From IMG/VR virus record IMGVR_UViG_3300011335_000809, positions 32,001 through 96,000 of that record: a stretch of DNA of 64,000 bases. One strand, 5' to 3'. This document shows positions 1 through 11,198 of the stretch, one piece after another. A program made the position numbers and the translations under genes. Under the pieces are notes generated by a model. It searched no databases. It worked only from the letters and a program-made list of their open reading frames with translations, and was not told the origin of the DNA. This DNA comes from a virus. Every line of letters starts with the position of its first letter. Positions within the stretch are counted from its first letter, which is position 1.

Positions 1-233
1 AAGAAAAATCCACATCGTTTTCATTTGCTGGTTCATTCTTATAATTAAGCGGAACAGTTTGTGGATTTATTTTTTGTTTATAGGCATCTTGTAATTTTAT
101 ATGAGTTTCGTCGAAAATTACATCGACTACTACAGCAAGTTGTATGGGTGAACGAATATCAACCAAATCTTTTATTTGCTGATCATTTAGTTGTGGTGAT
201 TTATTTGATTTGGATACGTCTGTGCTTACCATA

Positions 234-575
234 TTATTCACCTTTACTGATTGTTATAACTTCTTCCATCAATTGTTTACGTTCGTCTTCACTTAATATC
301 ATAGAAGAACCTTCGCCGCTAGCTTCACCTTTAGCCACTAAACGTTGTACAACAGATGCTAACTTAACTAACTGTTCATCGTTTTTAATGCCTACATCAT
401 AGTAATCTTTAATCATAGGAACTATGATAGTAGCGTCATTGATAGTTTTAATCAAACTTCGTAACTCCGATATTAATATATCAATTTGATCCTTTTTACT
501 CTCTGAATTTTTCACTATGTCCTTACAAAGACCCGAAAAATTCTTTCCTTTGTAAATTTCAAAATTTAAGTCCAT
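234..575 (-). CDS. hypothetical protein
   Basis: 113 aa ORF; TATTTATA motif about 6 nt upstream of ATG. Confidence 0.7.
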   Translation of the reverse strand: MDLNFEIYKGKNFSGLCKDIVKNSESKKDQIDILISELRSLIKTINDATIIVPMIKDYYDVGIKNDEQLVKLASVVQRLVAKGEASGEGSSMILSEDERKQLMEEVITISKGE

Positions 576-632
576 ATATCTATAAATAGAAAAACCACTC
601 CGTTTGGAGTGGTTTATTTGTTTTGTTTTGTG

Positions 633-1640
633 TTATACTTTACCGCTGTCTATGTAATTTTTCATAACTACATTTTGATATGATTTCATTTTATTAATGA
701 TTTTAGTAATTTGTTGTGTTTTACAATTACTTAATTCTCTTATATATAAGTACAGTGTTTTTTTATTAAAATTTTCAATTCTATCACTACTACGAAATAG
801 TTCAATTACTGCATATGCTATATTAAGATCTTTTTGTTTGGTGAATATCTTTGTTAGATTTTTTTCCCAATAGTTAATTAACAATTTCATAAACTCCTGG
901 GTTTGAATGGTCTTATGATGTACATCTTCTGTTTGCAAACAAACGCAATCGTCGCCTGGTGTGTCACTGATATCTACGTGTTGATTAAATCTTTTATAAT
1001 TGTTATTATTATGAAATATCAAATAGTTTTTAGCAACAATACTGAAATAACTAAAAGCTTTGCCTTTACCCGCTTCAAATTTGTGCATATTAGAAACCAA
1101 ATGAGTCACAGTTTCTTTTTGAATTTCCAACGGACTATTATCAAAATAAGTAAATTTAAATGTATTGAATATGTTTTCAACTAATTTATCAAAACTATAC
1201 TTTATACGATTTTCATATATTTCGTTTCTTATTACCATATCTGTCGCTAAATTATACTCAATAATTGCTTCTTCTGTCTTTTTAGAAAAATAAATTTTTT
1301 CCTTCTTGTTTCTACCCCGGCGTTTTTTTCTAACATCTGTTAATTCTTCTACTTCTTTATTAATAGCGTTTAAATCATTAATTACTATTATATCTTTACT
1401 GGTAATATTTCTTGGAACATTAATTTCAGATAAGTTTTTAGATTCATATGTAATATCTAATTTTACTTTATTTTTTTTAGCCGGTTGATTTTTAACTACT
1501 TTTTTAAAAGATGTTATTTTAGTTGGTTTTTTGATTTTTTTGTTAACACTATTTACCATAGAAGTAATTTTACGTTTTTTATCTGTTACTACTTTAGTCG
1601 TTTTTTTATTTACAACTTTACTTTTTTTTGTTTGTTTCAT
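633..1640 (-). CDS. T4 gp55-like late sigma factor with Lys-rich N-terminal extension
   Basis: Motifs YFSKKTEEAIIEY, KFEAGKGKAFSYFSIVAKNY resemble region 2 of gp55-type phage sigma factors. Confidence 0.6.
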   Translation of the reverse strand: MKQTKKSKVVNKKTTKVVTDKKRKITSMVNSVNKKIKKPTKITSFKKVVKNQPAKKNKVKLDITYESKNLSEINVPRNITSKDIIVINDLNAINKEVEELTDVRKKRRGRNKKEKIYFSKKTEEAIIEYNLATDMVIRNEIYENRIKYSFDKLVENIFNTFKFTYFDNSPLEIQKETVTHLVSNMHKFEAGKGKAFSYFSIVAKNYLIFHNNNNYKRFNQHVDISDTPGDDCVCLQTEDVHHKTIQTQEFMKLLINYWEKNLTKIFTKQKDLNIAYAVIELFRSSDRIENFNKKTLYLYIRELSNCKTQQITKIINKMKSYQNVVMKNYIDSGKV

Positions 1641-1653
1641 TCAAGTAATAATA

Positions 1654-1935
1654 TCAAACGTTATCGGTTTCTTCTTCTTTCACTTTTTTATTCAAAGAGT
1701 TAATTGTTTGTTTTAAATCTGAAAAAAGAAAACCAACGTCGTCATCTTTTTCAAAGATACCACGGTTATCAACGTCTTTCAATTTATTATAAGTATTTTC
1801 TACCGATTTTTTAAAGTTTATTATCCAGTCTTCCAAAATGTCAATCTGGTTAAATAACTTTTTCAATGTGATTAATAAAAACACATTAACTGCTACCGAT
1901 ATAAACAGTAATATTAATAATAAAATTTCAATCAT
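1654..1935 (-). CDS. membrane-anchored hypothetical protein
   Basis: N-terminal hydrophobic helix followed by coiled coil. Confidence 0.65.
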   Translation of the reverse strand: MIEILLLILLFISVAVNVFLLITLKKLFNQIDILEDWIINFKKSVENTYNKLKDVDNRGIFEKDDDVGFLFSDLKQTINSLNKKVKEEETDNV

Positions 1936-2127
1936 TGTCTGTAGGTAGTTCGTCGTCCACTTCCACGAATTCTGAGATATAATCTAAAGCGTCATTCAAT
2001 GTTTTCCAACACGATTCGTCGTATGATCTTTTGATCAACTTATACAATTCTTTAAGTTCAGTTTCATCCATGCTTATAATTACATATATATGTAATCGTG
2101 ACAAATCGATAAAAAAATTATTTTAAA

Positions 2128-3162
2128 TTAAAAACTAAACATACCTCTTACTCCTGTTTTACTTTTCCGATTAACTATTTTCTCAACCTCAACAGGCTTC
2201 TCCACTATACGTTCAACTATTTTCTCAACCTCAACAGGCTTCTCTACTATACGTTCAACTATTTTCTCAACCTCAACAGGCTTCTCCACTATACGCTCAG
2301 CCGTTGAATGTGTTGGTTTGTTGTCAGACTCATCTGTAGATTTTTCTTGTTTTTTGTATAATTCATAATTTTTGTCTTCTTCGACATAAACCTTTTTTGT
2401 ACTTATATTATACGCCAATAATAATACGACGGCGAGTGGATCAAATACAGTAATAAGCACCACAATGAACCATTTTACCACATTTTGAATGGTTGTATTA
2501 AATTGATCGGCGACGAATTTAAACGTTATAATATCTTTCTTCTGACTATTATCTACTTTTAACTTGAAAATAGCATCATCAACAGCTGTTGATTTAGCAC
2601 TATAGGTTTTGATTTTATCATTTTCGTTTTCTAACTGTTTATTAAGATCTGTAATTTGATCGTTAATTTGATTTTGAATATTTTGTAGTTGAATTGGATT
2701 TCGTGCAATTAGTACATTTGTAAGCACTTCATTTAATCTATTTTCCTGACTACTTCTTAGCGTATACAGTTTTTCTATAGATTTTTTTGTAGACTCAATT
2801 TTACTGATCTCTTCTTTTTTCTGAGATTCCAGTGTTGAAATTTTATTCAATGATAGTTCAGTTTCTAAAGATGATTTTTGAAAAGCCGCCGTTAAAAATC
2901 CAAATACACCCAATGATGTTATAGCCATTAATGAGAATACGGCGGTTATCATATAGATTCTCATTAGAATATTAGCACTATTCCAGTATCTAAATAACCA
3001 AGAAGTTGTTACCAATTTACCAAGTTCTAATGAGGATGCCATTATCATAACAGCAATCGTAGCGCCTGAAAATAATAATCCTATACCATATACGCTAAAA
3101 TAAGCAGCACATCCTGCGATTAAAAGTGATGTAAATATTACCAAATGTTTAAACTGTATCAT
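2128..3162 (-). CDS. multi-TM coiled-coil membrane protein with EKPVEVEKIVERIV repeats
   Basis: 3 N-terminal TM helices, coiled coil, C-terminal TM (FDPLAV), 42-nt tandem repeats at about 2170-2297. Confidence 0.75.
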   Translation of the reverse strand: MIQFKHLVIFTSLLIAGCAAYFSVYGIGLLFSGATIAVMIMASSLELGKLVTTSWLFRYWNSANILMRIYMITAVFSLMAITSLGVFGFLTAAFQKSSLETELSLNKISTLESQKKEEISKIESTKKSIEKLYTLRSSQENRLNEVLTNVLIARNPIQLQNIQNQINDQITDLNKQLENENDKIKTYSAKSTAVDDAIFKLKVDNSQKKDIITFKFVADQFNTTIQNVVKWFIVVLITVFDPLAVVLLLAYNISTKKVYVEEDKNYELYKKQEKSTDESDNKPTHSTAERIVEKPVEVEKIVERIVEKPVEVEKIVERIVEKPVEVEKIVNRKSKTGVRGMFSF

Positions 3163-3235
3163 ATCTATAAATATCTACAAAATAAAAACCCCATTCAATT
3201 AAATGAACGGGGTTTAATATAACCTTGACTGAATA

Positions 3236-3718
3236 TTACTCAATCTTTATTTTTTTGGTTTCTGGAATTGTAGGTTTGATCTTTGACAATGTAACCTTTA
3301 ACAACCCATTTTCAAATTTTGCAGATGGATTTTTTCGATCAATTTGATCGCCTAATGTAAAACTTCGTTTGAAATTGCTATGTTTCAGTTCTCTACGAAT
3401 ATACTTTCCTGTAAATTCCCTATCGTCAACCTTTTTAATCTTTTGACCACTGATAGTAAGAACATTTTCTTGTACATCAACTGAAACGTCTTCTTTAGAA
3501 AGACCAGGAATTTCCGCTAGAATTTCTACACGGTCATTGTAATCAACAACATCTACACGGGGATAACTTTGTTTTTCAAAAAAACCAACGCCCAGTTCTT
3601 TATTTAATTCTGGGAAATGTGCCGCGAATACTTCATCGAATACACGGTCAAATGGCGTTAAAAACTCATCACGATCAACGTGACGTAATGCAAACGGACT
3701 ATATTTAATTACTGACAT
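3236..3718 (-). CDS. small heat-shock protein (Hsp20/alpha-crystallin)
   Basis: YPRVDVVD, AEIPGLSKEDVSV, FKRSFTL, AKFENGLLKVTL motifs. Confidence 0.95.
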   Translation of the reverse strand: MSVIKYSPFALRHVDRDEFLTPFDRVFDEVFAAHFPELNKELGVGFFEKQSYPRVDVVDYNDRVEILAEIPGLSKEDVSVDVQENVLTISGQKIKKVDDREFTGKYIRRELKHSNFKRSFTLGDQIDRKNPSAKFENGLLKVTLSKIKPTIPETKKIKIE

Positions 3719-3850
3719 ATATTTACCTTTCTTTTAATAATTCTATTGAACTTATTAACCTAATAGCCTCACTCGAGCACTATAGTGAATAACACATCTG
3801 TGTCATTCAAGAATATATATGACATAAATTCAGAAAAATGTCAATATTTT

Positions 3851-6736
3851 TTATCCAGCGGACGAAACTCCGCCTGTTTGACATAAATTAATGTAATTTT
3901 CACTATCTACATTATTATTGTTTCTTCTCAAAAATAAGATATAAAAATTTGCATTTCCTAATATAGGATTGGTTGTTGTAACCGTGTAAGTGCCTGAAAA
4001 TTGACCTGATGCACCTGGTGTACACACATATTCTTGTCCACCCGCTGGATCCAAAATCCAATTGATACTAACTGAATAACCATCTTGTGTTATACTTGTT
4101 GGTAATGTACATCCTGAATTTGGCAAAGCATTAACAACTGCTTTGGCAAAAGTTTTATCAGCTGATGTACCAGTTGTATATGCAATTGTTACCACCGTTC
4201 TAAGTTTTATTTGCGTCCAACTTTCCAACATACTGGGATTGTAACTTACACATCCTAAATTACTTGTTACAGGCGTAACTACAGGAGGTGCTACTGGAGT
4301 AACAACTTCTTTTTTACATTTATTTTTATCTGATAAAAATGCAATTGTAATATTTTCAGATGTTTGGTTATATCCTGGTGGAAGAGTGAATACAGCTTCA
4401 TTTTTTATATAAACATATGTTGGTTGATTTGAATTTGAATAATTTACAATTCCGACTCCTATACTTATTTTTTTAGATTTATATGGTTCAATAGAAATAG
4501 GAGATTGAGGATCAATTGTAACAGGCAATAACAAAGAATTTAATACACTACCATCGTAATTTGTCCAATTTTGATTCAACGTAATTGTCATTGAATCGGG
4601 GTTGTTATTTGTAATTACAAAACTTCCTGTATGTTTTATTTGTGTTAAAAGTGTAGGATCACATATTTGTGGAGATGTAGATGTTCCACAAGTACAATTT
4701 ATAGAATTTATTCCATCCCAAGATCCTATATTTCGTGGCCAATTTGGCGTTTTCAATGCGGTGACAACACAACTACTTTTATCAGATGAAAAATAAAAAT
4801 AAGATTGCTGAATTGAGTTTATATAATAATTCGAATCTGTAGTTGCGGTAAATGGACAAATTAAATGTACACTAGTCGGTTGACTTGGATTATTATAATT
4901 GTTTTTTCCAAATGACACTGATATTTTTTTACTTTCGTTTGGTTGTACTATGATCGGTGAATCAGGATTCATCTCAATAGGAGTAAGTAAAGAATCTATA
5001 GCAGTTCCATTTATTTGATTTTTCCAATTATTTTTATCAAATGTAAGTGTCATTGGTTTAATAGACATGTTGTTTGTTATTATAAAACTACCACTATGTC
5101 TCACTTGAGTTGTAGAAGATGGATTTGATACAATCTGAGCTGAATTTGGATTTGAATTGCAAGATAATTCATCTATTGATATATCTTGCCAAAAACTTGG
5201 ATTGGGCAAATATTGTTTGAGAGGCAAACTTATATTACAAGAATTTTTATCAAAACTAGCTATAATCTCGCAATTTTGATATTGTGGAGAATATCCTAAT
5301 GGCAAAGTCAAATTTACAGAACCTTTTACGGTAAAGATTTTTGGTTGAAGTTCATTTTGATAATTAGATAACCCGAAACCAATGCTAATTTTACGTGTAC
5401 TGTTGGCCAAAATAGAAAACATTCCAGTTGGTGCAAAATCAACTGTACTAATTAACGAATTTAAAGGAGTTCCATCTAAGTTAGTCCAAGTCGGACTTAT
5501 AGTAGCTAACATCTCCGCATTGTTATTATTTGTAATTATAAAACTACCACTGTGTTTTATTTGAGTGGTCGAAGTCGGATTACATACTGGCTGAGTATAA
5601 CCATCACCGCAATCTAAATAACCACATCTTGGTCCTGTAAATGAAATATTGGTTGGGAAGTTACCAACTAATGTTGGTGATGTTGCACACGATGATGCAT
5701 TTGAATCTTGGGTGCCTAAAATGTAAAGTGTAATTTGACCAAATGTGGATGTATTTTCAAACGAATACGCGTATGAAGGATTTGTTCCACCTGAACTAGT
5801 AGCGGTTACCAATCCAGTGTAAAAATACCCAAGTGGGCCATCAGGTGTAGCTGATTTTTGTAAAATCAATCCGTCAAAGGACAGTGTTCTATTGTGTCCC
5901 AAATTGTCTTTATAGGATATAACTGGCAAAAGTTGTTCACTCGATTTATAAGTCGTAATATTTGGATTCTGTAATAAACTATTTAAGTTATTTAATATGT
6001 TAGACAAATCTGTTATCTTTGTATTTGTATAACCATTGGATGTTTTATCACTATTGATTTTTTGAAACAATAAAGAACTTGCTATAGATAAATCTGCAGC
6101 CGACATTGTGTATGTATAGGTGGTATTATCAACAACAGTACTTGTACAAGTGCCTATAAACATACTAGATGTAAATGCATTTGACAAACAATCCTTAGAA
6201 ACCAATTTATACGCTTTTGTATTAACCAAATTATAAAATGATTCAATATTATCACCAGATTTAGCGTAAGAAAACATCTTATTCCACCCAGAATCCACAA
6301 TAGGTGTAGTGATATTTGACTTGGAGTATAGTGTATATTGATAAACTTTGTCTTGTATATTATTGGTCAAAAAGTTATTATTTTGTACTACACTAGGAGA
6401 ATAAATTTTAACAGTAGCGACACCAGTTGAAGCGGCTACACTAAAAGAACTACTTATATAAGAGGCGCCATAAAATTCACTAAACTTTATAGGCCGTCTA
6501 TTGTCTTTATTTATAAAACCAACGCCTATAGCCTTTGTTATATTAATCGTACTTGAATCGTTGTTTGAATTTCCGATTCTATTTTCCAATTGATAATAAC
6601 TTTGTGATATAGAAAAATTATTTGAGCCTGGATTATAAAAGTTGCTTAATAAACTATTGATCGAAAGATTTTCGCTATTATTTGTTTCGCTTTTGAAACT
6701 CAATGGGCCAAACCTGTTTAATATATTGACAGACAT
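3851..6736 (-). CDS. large virion structural/tail-associated protein with three internal repeats
   Basis: 961 aa, S/T/N-rich; three copies of TTQ(I/V)(K/R)H(S/T)GSF(I/V)ITNN...KISI module. Confidence 0.6.
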   Translation of the reverse strand: MSVNILNRFGPLSFKSETNNSENLSINSLLSNFYNPGSNNFSISQSYYQLENRIGNSNNDSSTINITKAIGVGFINKDNRRPIKFSEFYGASYISSSFSVAASTGVATVKIYSPSVVQNNNFLTNNIQDKVYQYTLYSKSNITTPIVDSGWNKMFSYAKSGDNIESFYNLVNTKAYKLVSKDCLSNAFTSSMFIGTCTSTVVDNTTYTYTMSAADLSIASSLLFQKINSDKTSNGYTNTKITDLSNILNNLNSLLQNPNITTYKSSEQLLPVISYKDNLGHNRTLSFDGLILQKSATPDGPLGYFYTGLVTATSSGGTNPSYAYSFENTSTFGQITLYILGTQDSNASSCATSPTLVGNFPTNISFTGPRCGYLDCGDGYTQPVCNPTSTTQIKHSGSFIITNNNNAEMLATISPTWTNLDGTPLNSLISTVDFAPTGMFSILANSTRKISIGFGLSNYQNELQPKIFTVKGSVNLTLPLGYSPQYQNCEIIASFDKNSCNISLPLKQYLPNPSFWQDISIDELSCNSNPNSAQIVSNPSSTTQVRHSGSFIITNNMSIKPMTLTFDKNNWKNQINGTAIDSLLTPIEMNPDSPIIVQPNESKKISVSFGKNNYNNPSQPTSVHLICPFTATTDSNYYINSIQQSYFYFSSDKSSCVVTALKTPNWPRNIGSWDGINSINCTCGTSTSPQICDPTLLTQIKHTGSFVITNNNPDSMTITLNQNWTNYDGSVLNSLLLPVTIDPQSPISIEPYKSKKISIGVGIVNYSNSNQPTYVYIKNEAVFTLPPGYNQTSENITIAFLSDKNKCKKEVVTPVAPPVVTPVTSNLGCVSYNPSMLESWTQIKLRTVVTIAYTTGTSADKTFAKAVVNALPNSGCTLPTSITQDGYSVSINWILDPAGGQEYVCTPGASGQFSGTYTVTTTNPILGNANFYILFLRRNNNNVDSENYINLCQTGGVSSAG

Positions 6737-6750
6737 ATATCCTATATATA

Positions 6751-8241
6751 TTAAGATTCGATCTTATTTTTTAGTTCTTGAACTTCTTTGTGTAGTTCTT
6801 GAATAGATTTTAGTAGCAATGCGATAAATGGATTATATTTTACAACTTTATATCCTTCAAGATTTTCAATTACTAAATCAGGATACAATTCCTCAATTTG
6901 TTGTGCAATAACACCAAAGTCTTTTTTTCCATTTGACTTCCAATTAAATTCTATTGGATGTATTTGATTAACTTTGGATAAAGCATTTTCTATAGTTTTA
7001 ATGTTATCTTTAAGTCTTATGTCAGATGAAGCGAATGTGGAAAGTGCAACTATATCACCTCTCACGTCCAATTGACCGCTGCCACTTACACGTAACAATT
7101 TTGTTTGACTGCTACCTGATGTAATTAAAAATACATTAGTATTTGGGTTATAGCTTGTTGGCCAACCAGTGGATCCACTTAAATGTAAGTGTAATTGAGC
7201 ATTTACATAATCAGAACTTACTATATTACCCACACTTAATAGTCTTTGTCTTACGCCTAATACACCCCATCCAGATTTACCGGAGTGCCAAATTACATCT
7301 CTGCCTGGTAAAGCTGATGAATTTATATGAGATCCCGAATAATAAATTGCAAAATTAGCAGCAGTTCTTAAATAATTGTTAGAAGTTTGTAATCCCAATC
7401 CAGACACAGATTGTCCCGATGACGAATATTGAATAATTTGTTCGCCTACTGATGAAAATTGTAGAGGGTTATTAACTGTGATTCTCCCCGCAGGCATACT
7501 TCCGAGGTTATTGATACTTGAATTTCTTACAATATAATTTGTAGAAGTTAAAGCCGATGTGCTTGTCCAATAAGTAAATTGATTTGAAGTGCCTGTTCCA
7601 GATACTAATCCTCCTAAGTTCAAAGCATACGATGCTGTTTTAGCACAACTAGCTGTACCATAAAATGCTACTTTTCTATTGACATTATAATGATTTGAAG
7701 CACTAATATAACCTTTTATACTAGCTGAAACACTTCCTGAAAATTGTCCTTTTAAAATTCCATTAAAACTACCGGTCGATTTGGAGTTTTTACTAATAAT
7801 TGAACCATACAAACTTCCGCTAAAACTGCCACTAGCGTTTGCTTTTTTAGTTAATATATAACCACTGAAACTACCACTCAATGATCCGGAGGTTTTAGAT
7901 TTACCTGTAGTCGATCCGTTAAAGCTGCCTGTAAAACTACCTGTATTACTGCCGTTAAAATTTCCACTAAAACTACCGGAGTGTTTTCCTTTAAAGCTAC
8001 CTGTAAAACTACCTGTAAATTTACCACTTAATGTTTTCGCAGATCCGGAAAAACTTCCTGTGTATGAACCCGTTGTCGATGATAAAAATTTTACAATATC
8101 GCCTAATGTACTTTTTCGAGAGTATAAGTCATTGGACGATCCGGATTCAATTGTTAAGATTAAATCCTTAGCTGTTAATGTGTTGTATCTTACAAGATCA
8201 CTAACTTTTACTTGTTGTATTAAATTACAGGTAGTTGACAT
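6751..8241 (-). CDS. tail fibre protein with C-terminal S74 intramolecular chaperone
   Basis: SDIRLKDNI, FGVIAQQIE, LLKSIQEL motifs; GSF(T/S) repeats. Confidence 0.85.
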   Translation of the reverse strand: MSTTCNLIQQVKVSDLVRYNTLTAKDLILTIESGSSNDLYSRKSTLGDIVKFLSSTTGSYTGSFSGSAKTLSGKFTGSFTGSFKGKHSGSFSGNFNGSNTGSFTGSFNGSTTGKSKTSGSLSGSFSGYILTKKANASGSFSGSLYGSIISKNSKSTGSFNGILKGQFSGSVSASIKGYISASNHYNVNRKVAFYGTASCAKTASYALNLGGLVSGTGTSNQFTYWTSTSALTSTNYIVRNSSINNLGSMPAGRITVNNPLQFSSVGEQIIQYSSSGQSVSGLGLQTSNNYLRTAANFAIYYSGSHINSSALPGRDVIWHSGKSGWGVLGVRQRLLSVGNIVSSDYVNAQLHLHLSGSTGWPTSYNPNTNVFLITSGSSQTKLLRVSGSGQLDVRGDIVALSTFASSDIRLKDNIKTIENALSKVNQIHPIEFNWKSNGKKDFGVIAQQIEELYPDLVIENLEGYKVVKYNPFIALLLKSIQELHKEVQELKNKIES

Positions 8242-8243
8242 AA

Positions 8244-8786
8244 TTACTTCCAGGCGTAAATTTTAATATACCACTTTGACGTATCAATATTGTATTGTGA
8301 TATTACATTAGTACTATTATTGTAATCATATGTGGTAATACTAGTGAAAGTGGGTACTATTACTAATATATTACTTGAATGTGAAACAACACTGCATATT
8401 GGTTTTGTTTCATTATTAAAAAATGAAGTTACATCAACTTCTTGGTTTATAACAAATCTACCGTCATTTGCTTGACAATTTAAAACCACTCTTACTAAAG
8501 ACGGTGTTGAAGAAAAACCATGCGAAAAAGAAAATACATTTCCCAACAAATATGTATAAAAACTATTTGAATCAGTTGTGGTGTTAAATAAAGACGTTGT
8601 ATAACCAGATATACCATCTGAATTAACATAATCTTTTAAATCTGATAAAGTAGATTTTCTGGAATATTTTGATCCACCTGTATTTTCTATAAGCATCAAT
8701 TGATCCGACGCTTTTATATTATTATAGCTCGCAAGATCACTGACTTTTATTAATTGAACATTTAAACTATTACACGGAGTTGCCAT
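8244..8786 (-). CDS. tail-associated protein; N-terminus paralogous to 6751-8241
   Basis: Shared C-N-..Q.IKVSDL..Y...YSRKSTL N-terminal module. Confidence 0.6.
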   Translation of the reverse strand: MATPCNSLNVQLIKVSDLASYNNIKASDQLMLIENTGGSKYSRKSTLSDLKDYVNSDGISGYTTSLFNTTTDSNSFYTYLLGNVFSFSHGFSSTPSLVRVVLNCQANDGRFVINQEVDVTSFFNNETKPICSVVSHSSNILVIVPTFTSITTYDYNNSTNVISQYNIDTSKWYIKIYAWK

Positions 8787-8805
8787 ATTTTATAAATATA
8801 AACTA

Positions 8806-11178
8806 TTAGGAATAAGAAGCTGCGATTCTATTAATAAGAATTTCACTGCCCATCAATACAATGGAATATAGATCTCTGGACCCATTTGATGGATTAGATG
8901 CTGCACCACTTGGCCACTTTAAAGAATTGGTAGTACCAGTGGCCCACGTAAATGATGTTCCGCCACTATTATTATAGAAATATAAATAACACACTTTCTT
9001 CTGTGTGAGATTTACATTAAATGTTTGAGCGGCTGTAGCTGTTAGATAAATCATATCATAATCATCAAAACTCAAATTAGTTGTTGCAGCTGCAATAGTA
9101 GCACTTACAGTTGTTTGATCTTTTTGATAATTGCCTTTAAAAGATCCAGTTATGATAGCACTATCTGTTTTGGAAATAAACGAACCATTATCAACTTTGA
9201 TACTTCCATATGAATATATCTTGCTACCACTGATGGATCCATACGCACGCATATCACCGCTACTGGATACATAAAATGTATTTGCGAAACTACTTGATCC
9301 ATATTGGACTAATATTGCAGTTTGTTTATTTTCTACACCAACTGGTGCTCCGCCAACAAAATTACCAGCTAATACTGATCCAGCAACGTTCGCTGCTTGA
9401 TTACTACCACTAAACATTCTGATTTGCAACTTAGCACGTAAATACTTATTTATAGAACCAGTTGGCTCTGATGGAGGTTGTATGCCTATACCAACTGAAC
9501 CATCTCTTGCAGCTGAATCAGTCTGAATATATGGCCAGAAGTAAAAACCATTACGTACTTGTTTTAGTGCAACCATTACGCCACCTGTATCCGATGTTCT
9601 TGTTGTAATAGTACTATTTTTAAGATGATAGGATCCTGTAGTAATACTCAATGTCAAACTACCACTAGTAACAGATGATATAAACCATTGATCTTGATTT
9701 GGATATTTGGTTGATCTGTTTTTATTTTGTAATACAAATCCAGCTGTACTATATATACCAGATCCTCTATTTACTACAAAAAGATTGGATTGTGCATATT
9801 TAGACGAAGCTGATATATAAAAATTAATTTGTCCAGATTCATTTTTATAAAATAGTGGAGACGTTGTTAATCTATTACCATCAAAATATGGTACAGCACT
9901 TGAACTATTTAAAGATCCTTTTAATAAATAAGAGGATGTTAATGAAGTAGTTGCTGAATCGGCGGATATGGCGTATAAAGCATTATCAACTGTTCCAAGA
10001 ACAGTTGCAGCTCGCAATGCGTATGAAGCACTAGTGGTTCTAGTAGAATAACTACCACTTATAGCTTTACTTGAAGTACGTGCGTAACTACTTGAAAAAG
10101 AAGAATATTTTAAATTGCCATTATAAGAATAACTAGCTGTGCCGTTTGATGTTAAATTAGACCAATTCAAATATGAAGCTGAATCTGCAGTAGTTGACAT
10201 ACACATACTTGAAGTACGTGCGTAACTACTTGAAAAAGATGATAACTTACCCACCCCATTATAAGAATAACTGGATGTGCCTACAAATAATGGAGATTCA
10301 ATATATACACTGGAATATATACTAGCAGCGGATATATTGTTAAATACACTTGTACCTGTTGTAGATGTTACATTGCCTGTTAATTTACCTTTTAAACTAC
10401 CGGTCATTGAAATATTACCACTGCCAGAAAATCTTCCTGAAAATCCATTTACGGAATAAATCTTTGACCCTGATATAATTGAAGGTACTGTTGTTCCAAT
10501 TGAAGAATTGTTAATAGTAACACCTCCAATTGCACCAGCATTTATAGTAATGTTATCTATCTCAGCATTTGTAACGTATAAATTATTATTTATGTCTACA
10601 TTATTAAAAGAACTTTTACCTGTACCAACCGTTACGTTGCCTAATAAACGTCCTTTTAAACTGCCTGTTACACCAATACTAGCTGTAATTTGTTCAATCT
10701 TAAACGGTGTATTTTCAAGATTCAATCCACTTGGATAATCTAAAATTGTTATTTGACTATTTATACCATTTCCTGTAAACGAAATATTACCCCCGCCGCC
10801 AATTGATTGATTAACATCTATCGTCTTTGCATAAATTCCCAAAAACGTTGGTGATGCCGGATTGTATCCAATAGTAAGATAATCGCTTACTATAGCTCTT
10901 TTAAATAAATTTGGTACCTTTTGACTTATGACGGAATAGTTATCACTTTCAAAACTTCTGAATGAACCTGTGTATGTGTTGTTTGGACCTGCAAAATTTA
11001 AACCGTTAAATGATGTTAAAAGATCACCTGTCTTTTGTACGAAACTATTGACAGTAGATTTTTTAGTTGAGTTGCTACTTACACTTTGTATGATTAAATA
11101 ATCATTGTTTCCAATATTACCAGATGTTAATGTTGGTAATTCGGGAACGGTTCTACCTTGATTGGATACTATCGCCAT
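8806..11178 (-). CDS. tail fibre-like protein
   Basis: 790 aa S/G/T-rich with SASY(A)/TAS repeats; in tail gene cluster. Confidence 0.6.
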   Translation of the reverse strand: MAIVSNQGRTVPELPTLTSGNIGNNDYLIIQSVSSNSTKKSTVNSFVQKTGDLLTSFNGLNFAGPNNTYTGSFRSFESDNYSVISQKVPNLFKRAIVSDYLTIGYNPASPTFLGIYAKTIDVNQSIGGGGNISFTGNGINSQITILDYPSGLNLENTPFKIEQITASIGVTGSLKGRLLGNVTVGTGKSSFNNVDINNNLYVTNAEIDNITINAGAIGGVTINNSSIGTTVPSIISGSKIYSVNGFSGRFSGSGNISMTGSLKGKLTGNVTSTTGTSVFNNISAASIYSSVYIESPLFVGTSSYSYNGVGKLSSFSSSYARTSSMCMSTTADSASYLNWSNLTSNGTASYSYNGNLKYSSFSSSYARTSSKAISGSYSTRTTSASYALRAATVLGTVDNALYAISADSATTSLTSSYLLKGSLNSSSAVPYFDGNRLTTSPLFYKNESGQINFYISASSKYAQSNLFVVNRGSGIYSTAGFVLQNKNRSTKYPNQDQWFISSVTSGSLTLSITTGSYHLKNSTITTRTSDTGGVMVALKQVRNGFYFWPYIQTDSAARDGSVGIGIQPPSEPTGSINKYLRAKLQIRMFSGSNQAANVAGSVLAGNFVGGAPVGVENKQTAILVQYGSSSFANTFYVSSSGDMRAYGSISGSKIYSYGSIKVDNGSFISKTDSAIITGSFKGNYQKDQTTVSATIAAATTNLSFDDYDMIYLTATAAQTFNVNLTQKKVCYLYFYNNSGGTSFTWATGTTNSLKWPSGAASNPSNGSRDLYSIVLMGSEILINRIAASYS

Positions 11179-11198
11179 AATATATTAATAATTATTAA

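Noticed and set aside
3750-3800. CIRCE operator upstream of hsp20
   Set aside because: No TTAGCACTC-N9-GAGTGCTAA match
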